Positions 23,638-35,962 of a stretch of 62,405 nt of DNA are shown piece by piece (within the stretch, counting starts at the first letter, position 1; the number at the start of each line of letters is the position of its first letter). The notes under the pieces are model-generated. The model ran no database searches and had not been told where the DNA came from. It was given only the letters and a program-made list of their open reading frames with translations. Made by a program: the position numbers and the translations under genes. The stretch covers positions 1 to 62,405 of the forward strand of contig RBZT01000102.1 in assembly GCA_003693705.1 (NCBI GenBank), in the 5' to 3' direction. Origin of the DNA: Polymyxa betae A26-41. Lineage: Eukaryota; Protista; Endomyxa: Phytomyxea.

Positions 23638-24601
23638 CCCTGATCCGTATATAGTGTATAATATACACTTTGACGGAGTTCGCAAATTTTGGCCCCAAAT
23701 CGTTAAAGTGTATATTATACACTTTAACAGCTGGAAAATGGTCAACTTTGATAAATTCTATAAAATCAACCATTAATCTAGCATCGATGAAATTTTGCAA
23801 TCATATCAGGTATGACCCAAACCCTAGCCCGCAAAAAAGTTTGCGATGAACTCGTGTTCTGGACCTCGCCATTGCTTGCTGGGTTTCCTGACTGTTTTAA
23901 TGGCGTCCCTGGAAGAGTTTCTCGATACACACGATGATACAACGTCCAATATCTGGAAAGACGATACTGAGGATGATCCCATACAGCTGAGTCATGCTCA
24001 GCTGCTCAAATAGACCAATTTTCTGTCGTACCGAAGTCGCTGGATGGAGGTTTTACGACGACGCAGTTCGTGATTTTCGAACAGTTCCAGCAATGCCTAG
24101 GTTACCTGTGTTTTTATTGTGAACTGTTGTTTACTTGATAACCTCTTTAATGCCGTTCGAGAAAGGTTACCATCATGTCACGTTACCAACCCTGAACCCT
24201 AAACCCCAAAAATGACCTGAGGCTATTTATGGAGCGATAGCTTGCGCCTCAAAGTGAGCGAACATGAGGGCAGCGAAAGAGTCCGGAACAGGACTCCTCT
24301 GCACAATCGAAGTCTCGAACCTGATGTCAAAGAGCTAAATAAACACTGCTCTCTTATAGTGTTTATTATGCACTATAAGGCATTTCCCCAGTCTTGCGTG
24401 GCCCCGCAAACCCTAAACCCTACCCCGCGATTGCGAAGGCTCCCTTTGAGCTATCATAAAAAATTTTACATAAGCATGTAGAGCATTACAGGAGCAGCAT
24501 CAATATAGTAATGATTGGGGCTCATGAGCTTCCTCAGAGGTTTCACAAATCGTTGAAAATGAAAAGTGCATAATATGCACTTTACGGAATGCGGATCAGG
24601 G
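23638..24601. mobile_element. Non-autonomous piggyBac-like TIR element
   Basis: TIR CCCTGATCCGTAT / ATGCGGATCAGGG, identical TTAG on both flanks (23634-23637, 24602-24605), and palindromic subterminal repeats AAAGTGYATA(T/A)TATRCACTTT at both ends. Confidence 0.8.
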
Positions 24602-24651
24602 TTAGGTACGACCTGAGAATCTGTCTCTTTCCGGTTGGCCCAACGGTTTCC

Positions 24652-25355
24652 TTACAGATTGCCAATATAACAATCTGCTGTCCAACCGTTATAATAGGCA
24701 TTTTGAATCAAAGAGTCACCGCATTCGGAAAGATACCGTTTTAGACCGTCAACGACAGCCCAAAAATTCTCAATCAGACTATGACGTTGACGAATTGCTG
24801 CGACGAATTCTGGCATCGTTTCATCATCAGGAAGGCGATAGCGTGCCTGCACCATATTCACCAGGACACGGTCGAGAATGTGGATTCCGAACTTCAACCA
24901 GGTTTCACAAGCGGACGATGTGGCCCAAAAATCATCTCAATATCCAGATTGGACATCTATTTAATGCCAATTAATTTTTTACGGCTTTAAAAGAAACGAC
25001 ATTGATACTTAGTGCGGCACCACAAAAGGACAAGACAGAGGTTATCTTCCGGCCGCATCACGCCTCGAAGTCCGCGTTTACTGCGTTTAGGTCGTATCAT
25101 CCCGTCATCCGTGTGCGGAGTGTTTCGAAGGTAATCCAGTGTGAATTTGTCCAACAACTGGCGGAATGCTACATGGTCAAATCCGGTCGCTACCAGCAAC
25201 GCTGAATCGTGACCGCTTCCCCACAGCATGCGCCATGCAGAATCACTGGGCCATAACAATGACCTACGCGGTATTTTGTTGTGTTTAACAGCCCCACTCC
25301 TGTTGTCGTTTCGGCGACGGTTCATCTTCAGAACGAATAGCCACCACATCATCAC
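24652..25355 (-). pseudogene. Harbinger DDE transposase, 3'-truncated
   Basis: RRSLLWPSDSAWRML..SGHDSALLVATGFDHVAFRQLL; LCLVLLWCRT; WAVVDGLK; IQNAYYNGW. Confidence 0.8.
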
Positions 25356-25407
25356 CGGCGTCTAACGCTGTCTTTCAACTTCACAAGTTGTTCGTGGGCA
25401 GAACTCC

Positions 25408-25572
25408 TGTTTAACGTAACCGACACTAAAGTAGCTCCCAGCCCTAAAATAGCTTTTTTCGCCAACAGTGGTAGCTACCGACAGCAAGTGTTTAGACGTA
25501 GCCGACGCTAAAGTGGCTTCCACTCCTAAAATATTTGTTTTCGCCTACTTTGGTAGCCTCCGACGGTGTTTA
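25408..25572. repeat. Two diverged ~80-bp direct repeats in the divergent promoter region of the Harbinger
   Basis: TGTTTA.CGTA.CCGAC.CTAAAGT.GCT.CCA..CCTAAAATA...TTTTCGCC.AC..TGGTAGC..CCGAC occurs twice. Confidence 0.75.
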
Positions 25573-25606
25573 ATAATCACTTTTATAAACGACTAGTTTG
25601 CTCAAT

Positions 25607-26338
25607 ATGACTGAGCCCAAACTAAAGAAGGGGCGCATGGCTGGAGCAATCAATTTGTCCGTCGAAAACCTGCACACCCTGAATACGTACTGCATGAAAT
25701 AAAAACCCATCGGCGCCGACGATTGGGAGTTAGTAGCTGCAGAATACAATGACGCGACCGGGCAACTCCGTACTGGCGAGGCCCTCAAGAAGACGTTTCG
25801 GGAGCTCCGTGACAAGAAAGTTCCTACTGGGGATCCCAACTGTCAGTTCCAGATCCGCGACGCGAAGCGGATACAGAGGATGATTAATGTGCGCGTCATG
25901 CTGGACTCCTCTACGCCCGAGTGTGATCTGTTTGGCGAAGTGCAGGATCCCAACGATGGAGATGAAGAGTCCGTCGGTGAATTGTCCTGGTGCGAATTCG
26001 AAGACGGATATGGAAGTCCTAGAGAAAACAAGGACACGCCACCGAGAGAGGCGAACAAGGCAATTCCACGGACAGGTTGCGCCGGCAAGACGAAAATGGC
26101 GTCCAGAGTAACAGCCATGCCGGTTCCGTTGCGTCAAAAACGGAAGCTGAAGATGCCGGACAATAAGGGCGAATACCGAATACTGCTGATGGTGCAGATA
26201 GAGGCAGAAGAACAACGAGAGGCTGAAACGCAGCGTGAAGAGCGCCGAGCAGCTCAAACAGCAATTGATCGTGAAGAGGCCCGGCAGCGTCATGAACATC
26301 TCATGGCCTTGATCATGGCTGTTTTGAAGAAAGAATAA
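25607..26338 (+). pseudogene. Harbinger accessory protein (DUF6818-like), one internal stop
   Basis: PIGADDWELVAAEYN...R..EALKKTFREL..KKVPTGDPNC...RDAKRI, with coiled-coil end. PIF-like TIR remnant CCAAACGGCGGC at ~26527-26538. Confidence 0.7.
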
Positions 26339-27027
26339 ATAAAAACCCTCAGTTTTGAGGCCGATTTCTAAATCAAGGAATCTGGAAAGGGCCTTTGTGC
26401 CGATTTTAAATTCTAATTCTAGGACGAATCGGTCCAAATGTTCTGACACTGTGACTATGTGGAAGGCTGCGCGAATTTAGTTTAGGAATTCCTAAATTGA
26501 ATTCCAGGAACCGTCCAGCTCCTCATCCAAACGGCGGCGATTATATTCATCGCGATATACCACTTAATCGTCAGAAGATCATTTTGAAAAACAAGTTTCT
26601 TATATTCAATTTAATTTATTCCCGTATTGCATCGTTTATCATGATGGAGTGAAAGCGTTAATGACCTAAATGGTACTAATACATATCAAATTTCAAATGT
26701 TAAGTATAAATTGCCTGTGTGGATGTAGTGAAATCAAATATCCTCCGGTCTCAACCGTGACTGGGTCTTCAGGACAGGCTCGGGACCCACGTTATTTTAT
26801 TCGCGGATAATTTTCATTTTTTCTGTAGAGAAAACACCTTGTGTCTTCTTGTTCTAGTGAAACCACCCAAGTGCTAACGCAATTTAATCATAGTTTCCCA
26901 GCTTTCGCTTTACTAATTCGGCTCCGCTCTACTCGGAACCGCCGTTGCCCTTGTCGGCGGGGTCTGCCTCGAACCCAAGACTGCACGCTTATTAGAGCCG
27001 ACACTTCCAGGCCGGAAGTGAAATCTA

Positions 27028-29337
27028 ATGATCAGCAATGGCGCGGCTGTGATCGTACGGGCTCAAGAAGCAGACCAGGTTCGATTGATTGTCGAGCATT
27101 TAGCTTCTCGTAAGTCTTCATTTTTTACCGATGATAGAAAGGAGCTAGCGATTGCGTTAGTTGATCGGCTGTTGAGCGTAATGGTGGCACGAGAAATACT
27201 CATAAGGGAATGGAACGCGAATTCAAAGAATGGTGCGGCGAACGATATTGTTGCGATATGAATTCAGAAATTGTCTCTGGAACTAAGTTGTTGTTGTTTC
27301 TCAAGAAAGCGTCGAAGTGGCTCCGAGGGCCAAACAATTGGCGAGAAATCTGTTTTGAACGCAGTGAGCGCCATTGTAGATCTCTGGAAACGGCAAACAT
27401 ATCTAAATGTAAGTCTAAATTATCGAGACGCCACAGCGTGAATTAAAACTACGAATCTGTGTTAATCAGATGAATTGCAATCCTCACCCTCGGGGACCTC
27501 TGGTCAAAGAGTACTTCAAACATCTGTCTGCTCAAGAAATCAATAGGCGAAGAGCAAGTTTTCACGACAGGGACATTGGGAATTTTGCGGATGGGTATCT
27601 CTCGTCGGAAGAACTTGCAACGATTAGCAATGAATTCCTCAAAAGCAGTGCTTCAGTTGGCTTCAGGGATCGCTGCGCCTTTTTTGTCACTCATTATGCC
27701 ATGGTTCGAGGCGAAAATCTCAGAAATTTGGAACTAGCCGATCTGCTCACGATGGTGCTTCCGAACGAAGGCCCGGATACTTGCATCGCACTAGTCTTGA
27801 TGATGATGCAAGGTATCGATCGCGGGTTTTGTTTGGCTATGTAAATTTGATCTGAAAATATTTTTATTTGTTAAGGTCAACCAATTAGGCCGAAGAGAAT
27901 ATGCAGATATGATTCGAACCAAAGATGTCGCGATCGGTGGCATTGGAGCTCTTGCTCATTTTTTTACAGATTTCATCAGTCGACAGACCAGTTTCCCTCT
28001 CTGCGAAGGAGCCAGGACGGTTCGATATACAGGTCTTGTCAGTTATGCATGGACTCAGTGTCCCACATTGTTAATCCGCCAATTATGCAGGTTATTCGAG
28101 GTGGGTCCGATCCATGAGAACCGCTGTCAACAACAATGCAGCGTAAAGGCATCAAAGCCGTTTATAAACGTCTCAATCTGAATTACAAGGCAATCTGCCA
28201 TGTCATTCGAGGTTCATCAGCAGGAATGGCCGAGTTTGGAGTTGCTGAAGACAACCAAATCCGTCGGCAAGGTCGCTGGAACAGTCTAGCAATGGAAAAT
28301 TGCTACCTTACCACAATTCCATGAGAAGCTGTTAGAGCTTTAGCCGGATTCGATCCAAAGAGACCTTGCTTCTGCCTCCCAAGGTCATCTCTAATCCCTC
28401 CGAAAGCACTGTCGGCCATGGTCTTTCCATGGATCGACGAATTGCCGCTAAACGCGAATCAGGTCTTCTTACTCCAACAATTTGCTTTGATGGCATTTTT
28501 AAAGCCATGGACTTCTTAAGGATAGTTCTTTTACAAGATTCGGTTTGTTTAAGGAAGGTCGCCCAATCTATTCATTTGGAATAACACCATTTTCACTTCC
28601 CCTGAGTATCAAGTTTTTGAAAAGGAACTGAAGAGCTGTATGCCAAAAGCCGCTAATCCTTATGAAGTGACGATCAGGGAAGTTCTTCCAGCTCTGAATT
28701 CCCATCTACCAGAAGAATTTTCGTCTCGCCGCTCAGCGGTGTTTGCCAATCATACCGTCATAACTCGTACAAGCGACAGCATTATCAATCTTACCAATGC
28801 AGTAAAAGACGTGTTGTCGGGAAGAGCCTCTCTTCAAATCAATGTAAACGTTCCCGATGCGGAGCCAGTAAACGTGTTTAATAATAACGATTGTGACCGC
28901 ACTCGTGCTGGATCTGTACAAGCAGATGCAGGTATTGTTAGCGCTTATCTCTATTCTGGTTGCATTGATGCTCGGAATCGTTCTAGTGGCTTTACCATCA
29001 TCGAATGGACAGCAACATGCATTATCGGCACCCCAAGCTATAGAATGGATCGTCAAATATTTACAGTTCACGATCTTTGGGGAGAGTGGATATCGGCAAA
29101 GGCCCATCAGAAAAGGCTATGGAGGATACATGGGGATCGAAATGGCCGCAAAACCAAACCGAAACCCGATTCGTCAACCGCAGAAGAATCATTATCGATG
29201 AAGTAACCCGAATAGTCCAAGATGTGGGTGTAACCGTTGAGGAAGCCGTCAGAAACCTTGATGGCGAAATGAAGGCATCCAAAAAGTCGCTGAACTGGCT
29301 CCAGAAACAAATCAGTTCGAGAGCTGCCTCCCGCTGA
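27028..29337 (+). pseudogene. CryptonF-type tyrosine recombinase (NDC10_II-like + GCR1_C) transposon gene
   Basis: HPRGPLVK; RDRCAFFVTHYAMVRGENLRNLELADL; NEGP..C.ALV; NQLGRREY; HVIRGSSA.MAE; IRRQGRWN..ME.CYLT.IP; GCR1_C YRMDR...TVHDLWGEW..GPS..ME..WG.KW...RRR.II. Intron ~27813-27875. Confidence 0.9.
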
Positions 29338-29909
29338 TTCTGAAGTCTTTCTAAGTCTATAAAACATTATTACATTCTTGCCTTGACATTCACGAATGGT
29401 TGGTTGCAGATTTCATGCTAATATGTTCCTGGCAGGCGGGCTGAATATTGAGAATTCTCGATCCGGGAAAATTAAGGTGAGACTGAGGCCTAACGGAAAT
29501 CAGCGTAAAAAACTGCGCCAGAGCTAACAACTTTCGGTCTTAAAATGGCTGGGGACCGGGTCTCGGACTATTACGATGACGGTGTTTTTATCTGTTAAAT
29601 CAACCGAATGTCAAGCGCAGCCTATCTCAGCGCAGCCCGCCGGTCGTACCGACCCGCGACTCGTTCGCCCCGTTCCCGACCGCCTCTACCGAGCTGCCGC
29701 CCGGCGACCGGAACGAACGTCATCTTCCGACGGACACTAACCTTACAAAGTCAAGTTCCAGAACCAGCTCCCGGTCCCGAACTCCGATTACCCCCGATTA
29801 TTTTAGAAACACCCGATTTATTGAGTTAGTCACCTCTGAGATTGCGCGACAAAACCGATTCTAAAATCGGTGCACTCTATTCACATTGACACTTATTCAT
29901 TCCGACCAT

Positions 29910-32900
29910 GAAGACGGAACTGGGACCCGCGAATCCACTCTCGGAATATTGTCGTGAATACGCGACAAACGCAACTCGAGATGGCTACGAAGCAGCGGTT
30001 CCAGAAACTGCACGAAGACAACGAGATGATGATGAACATGCTCGCTGAGAAGCGGAAGCTCATGGCCCCGCCAGCTAAAGTTGACCAAGAGATGGCCTCT
30101 TCAATCATGTGGAACTGGATTCGCCTAGCGACACGAACGACAGCCTGCCAAAACCGACCCGGCCAGAGACCAAGCCGACGCCTTCACCAAGGCCTCAATT
30201 CGCCTCGACAGTATATGTCCCGACCCCGTCTCACAGCGCACCGACGCCCTCACATCCGGCACGACGACTCGAAAATTTAAGTTTCTACCCGGAAAAAAAC
30301 CCGGCGCGCTTTTGACAATGGATCAGCCGTGTTCTACAATTCCAAGACTTCTATCGTCTAGCAGATCACGATGCCAAAGCCGAGCTCCGAAGGTACGAAG
30401 GCGATATCCTGGACGAACGTCTTCGCTTGATCTTGACGGCACGTCCAATGACCTCGCACCAGATAGTCTGCCCATAATTGATACATGCAGCTCTGCCGGC
30501 TGGCGCTGCGCAAATCGTGCGGCGCTCTTTAAACAGTTGCCGCCAACTAGATCGCGAATCTTGTTCATCGTTTATTCCACGATTCCAAACGGCCGCCACC
30601 TAATTCCGGCGTTACGACTGCCCTACAGACCAAGATCTATGCAACGCCTTTCTATCCCAGCTCAACAAAAAATATTTTGGAGAGCTACGCACCGACATCG
30701 CGGATTCTGGCTACCTGCAACTGATCGACGATTCAACACACCGATTACTCGCCGGTTTCGCGGCTGTTCGACAAATCGAAGCCTCAAAAGGCAAAGGTGA
30801 GAAGGTTTTCGATGAACAGACGTCCCAAAATATTGACTCTCGCTGCTCAACATCGGATACCAACCTCGCAGCCACGGTGAACAGCGCCGGCACCTGTAAT
30901 GACACTTCGAACATCCCGACCACATGCCGAACCTGTGGACGTGCCCAGCGTCCTGCCAGCCACAATTACAAACAGTGTGATCACGCTAAGAAGAACGGCT
31001 TCAGCAAAAAGTGCAAAGTCCGAGGGAACTTCGCCTCCAACGACTGCCCCGCGACTTCGGCGTCCACCGTCGCTGTTGCCGACACCGCGACTCCTTCGGC
31101 CTCCTGCGATGACACTGGCGACGAGGACCAGGCCTAGGGTCTCGGGGTGCTGGCATCACCCGACGTTAGCACCCGACAAACATGGGATCCTGGTTTCGAA
31201 CCAGTTCAGTCCGTCCCCGCGTACGTTTTCGACGACCGGACCGCCCAAGGCCACGCCTCGAGCTCGTCATCGGGGACCAAAACTGCGCTGCTTTAATCGA
31301 CTCCTTCTCGGCCTTCAACCTTATGAGCGCTAAATTTCTACAATTATTACCAGACGACTTTCATGCCAATTATGAAGGCCAAAGCAGCATCGCTTCTCGC
31401 ACAACCCTCGTCGCTTTTGACGGCTCAAGGACAGTCCGCCCATCTGGACATATAGCGTTACCCGTTCGTATCGGACCCACAACGGCAACTGACATCATAT
31501 TCATGGTCCCCGACAGAGCTTCTCATCCAGTACTGCTCGGGACTCCAACGTTACGCTCTATTCGACTGGTGATCAACATTGACGGTTACTGCGTACATTC
31601 GAAATTATGTAATCAATCGTCCCCCTTAGCGAAACAGCCTTCCCTGAGATACCCTGTGGCGCAGGATCGCCGCGAACATCCCGTCCTAACTTCTGATGAC
31701 ATTACATTGCCTCCCTGGACAGAGACCCTGCTCGATGCAGATATCTTAGGTTTCCCAGAAGGCGCAAACAACAACAGCATAACCCTAAGGAGCACACCGA
31801 CACGGCGTTGACCTATCGCTTGGTCGCAGCCTATGGCTATAATCAGGTTAACTCTACTGTAACCACCGTATTGATTTCACACCTCTCTCACGATGAAATA
31901 CTGGTTCCGCGTGGTTTCCCAGTCGCTATCGCGACCTTGACCGGCGAGCCGCTTCTCCTCCCCGTAATGTCAGCCGACAGCGCTCGAACGTCCACGATTA
32001 CGGAGCGCCCCACCGCCTTGAAACATTTGACAGATTCACAGTGGCAAGCCCACATCGATGAGATCACCTCGGCATTAGAACATCAAGCAGACATCACGGG
32101 CGAAGAACGCATGCGTCTCCGTGCGCTATCTATCGAGTTTGGCGACACCTTCAGGTCGGCTATCGTACCACTGGGAATCACCGACACCGATGAACACCGC
32201 ATTGAGCTCATCGGGAATCCACACCACAGCGTGAATCTCTGCGATTGATGGGACCCGCAACAAGCAGTCTGCCGCAAAAAACTTCAGCAGTTATTGGTGT
32301 CCGGCACTATCGAAACTTCTCGAAGACCTTGGGTCGCCGCCAACGTGATCACGCCGAAAAAGGAGCCTGGACAGTGGCGCTTCGCCATCGAATACCGACG
32401 CTTGAATGATGTCACGAAGTGTGACGCCTACCAGATGGCGCGCACGGACCGTGTGCTGGAACTCCTGAACGGCAGCAGGTATTTCACGACCATGGACTTG
32501 GCCAGCGGCTTCCATCAGGTCCGTATGCCAGAAACTTCAAAGGAACTGACCGCTTTATATACCTCAGAGGGCTTGTACCCGCTTACACGCATACCATTCG
32601 AGCTCAAATGCGCCACAGTAACGTTCCAGCGGTTGAAGGACCTCGTTCTTGCCTTCCTCACTTGGAGACACTGTTTGGTATATCTCGACGACATCCTCAT
32701 CTTTACACCCGGGCACTTTGGAGAGCACCGGACAGCCACCAGCGAGGTTTTACAACGACCCCGCGACCTTGGACTAGGAGCACTTCCGAAAAAATGCAGA
32801 TTCGCCCGAAAATCATTGACGTACCCTGGCCACATCATCAGTTCGGAATGCACTAAACCAGACCAGCGATTGGTTGATGCGGTTTAATCGTTCCCACAAC

Positions 32901-35200
32901 CAACAACAACCGCCCACGTCCGATCATTCCTGTTCTTTCCGGTTACTACCGAATCTAAATCGATCGATTCGCCGAAGTCTCCGCTCCGTTAACGACCCTG
33001 CTACAAAAAGGCGTGCCATTCAGCGGAAACGCAGAGCAAGAGCAGGCATTCAACTACCTCCGTGACCGCCGTACATCGGCACCCGTCCTACGGTACCCAG
33101 ATTTCAGTAAGATGTTCTTCGTGAAAACCGATTTTTCTCCAATGGCTATCGGCGCCGTTTTGACGCAATTCGACGACGACGGTAAAGAAAATCCAGTCGC
33201 CTACCTCTCCCGCCGATGCCAAGGCAAAGAATCTACCTATTCTGCGAGAAGGGAGGAGGCGGTAGCGTTACGGTACGCAATCAAGCGCTGTCGCCAGTAC
33301 CTCGAAGGCCTGCAGTTCAAGGTTGTATCCGACCACCTTCCACTCGTTTTCCTGAGAAAACCACAAGACGATGCTAAGTTACAGCGTGTTGTAAACGAGC
33401 TAAAACTCTTCACCTTTGACGTCCTCTACAAAGAAAGTTTACGCCACATTGACTCCGACGCCCTATCCCGTTGCCACCCGTAACCCTGCTGCCGTGACAA
33501 TTCCGACATCGTAGATGACGAGCAGCACCTATTCGACGACATCCTTGTCCTGAACCTGAACTCGGAGATTCCTATCGAGATTGACTTAGAGCAGCTCACA
33601 AGGCGCAAAACGACGACACAACCCTGCGGAAGGTCCTCGGAGCCCAGTCTGACGAACACGGTCTACTGCGACGATGTCCCCGAACTGGCCACGTACAGAT
33701 CCTCATCTCGAATCAATTCCGAAACCAGTGTATTCAGATTTCACGCAGCACACGACCGGGCGCCCATTATGGACAATATAGGACATTACAGCTGCTGTCG
33801 AAGTTCGCGTACTGGCCAGGTATGACCTCTGATGTACGAAAGTTTGTTAACTATTGTTTAAAGTGTCAGAAAGCAAAAATTATCAAACCTAATCGAGCAG
33901 GAATGATCACAAGGACTCCAAACTTTCAGCCCGCATCGAGCTACATCCACATCGATCACTTGGGGTCCCTTAACCGATCAAGTCGCGGTAATTTTAGGTA
34001 CATTCTGACCGCAGTCTGCGTCACATCAAAATCCGTCCGTTGCATCCCGGTGATAGACAATTACTGGCCCGGTATGCCTCTGATGTACGAAAGCTGGTTA
34101 ACTATTGTTTAAAGTGTCAGAAAGCAAAAATTTTCAAACCTGATCGAGCAGGAAAAGTGATCACAAGGACTCCAAACTTCCAGCCCGCATGGAGCTACAT
34201 CCACATCGATCACTTCGGACCCCTTAGCCGATCAAGTCGCGGTAATTATAGGTACATTCTTAACGCAGTCTGTGTCACATCAAGGTCCGTCCGTTTCATC
34301 CCAGTGAAAGACAATGGCGCTCATGAAGCTGCCTCCGTCCTCCCCGACCTATTTACACATGAGTCATTCCCGCTCCGGATAACCCGCGACCGCGCCCAGT
34401 CATTTCGGTCCCATCTTCTCGATGCACTCTCTACGGCCATCGGCATGATGCTAGTGACAACAGTAGCGCACCGCGCGAAAGGCAACGCCCTCGCTGAACG
34501 TCCACATGCCTTTTTTGCACCGCACTGACCTCGCTCAACAACACAGATATGACCGATTGGAATGAGCTCTCATGCCTAATCTCGCTTACATCGCAGTTCA
34601 TCTGAGAACGCGGCCGAGACCCACATATGCCCCAGGAGCTGCTCGTTCCGCAAGCCAAAACGTTGACTGAGCCCGAAGATATCAGACAATGGCGCTTGAA
34701 GATGGTTCAGCGTTTACAACGAGCTCCAGAACACGCCGCTGCAGAAGACGCCAAGACGATCCAGTACAATGCAGAGAGATACAACGAGGGCCGACATGAA
34801 GTGAGATATCGGCAAGGATAGCTCGTCTTAATTTACCGAGTACCGCCCGAGAGCCAGAATCTCGACCCGACAACACCGCACACTCAAGCCCACGCCACAC
34901 GGTTCCGGCCCGTGGAGGGTACTTGAACAGCTCCCGAACAAAAATCATCGCCTACAACACATCCGCTCAGGCCAAGAAGACAAATTCAAGGTGGATACTA
35001 TGGTCCTTTTGCACGGTCCCGTTAACGACCACCCCGGAGATGACATCTGCTGCGACCACTGCGACCGCCACTCCGACGACGAGATCGACTTTGCCGACCC
35101 CCACGACGGCGCCTCCGACCAAGGCTACGAGTACGAAGACAGCGACGACGAGCTCAACGACATCGACTCGGACGACGACGAAGGTATCAATAACAGAGGT
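29910..35200 (+). pseudogene. Gypsy gag-pol
   Basis: Zn knuckle ~30925-31050; protease ALIDS; RT WRFAIEYRRLN, MDLASGFHQV, VYLDDILIF; RNase H KTDFS..AIGAVL, SDHLPL, DALSR; integrase YWPGM...C.KCQ, IHIDH.GP, RDRA..F, GNALAER. Confidence 0.95.
33810..34313 (+). repeat. Tandem duplication (~252 bp x2) inside Gypsy integrase
   Basis: TACTGGCC.GGTATG...GACAA occurs at ~33810 and again at ~34062. Confidence 0.9.
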
Positions 35201-35694
35201 GGCCACGCACTTCTTCCACTAAGTCCGTCTCCAAAGAAGGGGGGTGTCGAACGCAGCCTACTCAGCGGAGCCCGCCGGTCGTACCGGCCCGCCACACTCT
35301 CGCCCCGATCTTGACCGGCTCTTCCGAACTGCCGCCCGGCGACCGGAACGAGCGTCATCTTCCGACGGAGACTAACCAGACAAAGTCAAGTTCGGAACCA
35401 GCTCCCGGTCCCGAACTCCAATCACCTCCGATTATTTTAGAATCGGTTTGATATATATAAACACCCGATTTCTTGAGTAGTTCACCTTTGAGGTCGCGCG
35501 ACACGAAATGTCCCATGTTTAGCCACTGCGGACTGAAGCGAGAAATAACATCAACTTAGAAAACAAACGAGAAAGTTTGAGCACTCACAGTCCCGCACTG
35601 ACTACCAGTTAAAAAATAGGGCTAGAGAAAACTGCCAGAGAAATGCGAGGCGCGGCCTGGTCGTTGTTGGATTTTTTATTGTACGCGGTATAAT

Positions 35695-35820
35695 GGGCTG
35701 CGACTAACTAGGTACTAATGGGGTCAGAGGCTGCGACTACGTAGGCTCTATAGGGAGCAAAGACTGCGACAACCTACGACTACGTAGGCACCATAGAGAA
35801 GAGAAATTGCGACTGCGTGG
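35695..35820. repeat. Degenerate ~33-bp tandem repeat (about 4 units)
   Basis: Recurring CTGCGACTA(C/A)..AGG.(A/T)C..AT.G.G. Confidence 0.65.
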
Positions 35821-35962
35821 ACATAAACCAAAGAAGCTTTCAAATTAAGTGCGTTGAATAATACAATCCTGGGCTCATTAGCGCTATCGTTTCGTCAGGA
35901 ATGAATGTCGCCGTCGCCAGCTCGACCCCCCAAGTCGCCATCGTCGTCTGTATCCTCCCGAC

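Larger units (their letters stand above)
29609..35503 (+). mobile_element. Full-length Ty3/Gypsy LTR retrotransposon, degraded
   Basis: LTRs 29609-29851 and 35245-35503 (TGTC...GACA), 4-bp TSD CGAA, PPT AAAGAAGGGGGG at 35233-35244. Domain order gag-PR-RT-RH-INT. Confidence 0.95.

Noticed and set aside
25730-26449. Long antisense ORFs (also 8850-9512 and 56939-57511)
   Set aside because: Shadows of recognisable TE genes on the opposite strand.
35695-35820. CRISPR-like spaced repeats (also 25408-25572 and the 48-kb anchors)
   Set aside because: The units are degenerate tandem copies without unique spacers, there are no cas genes, and the context is eukaryotic.
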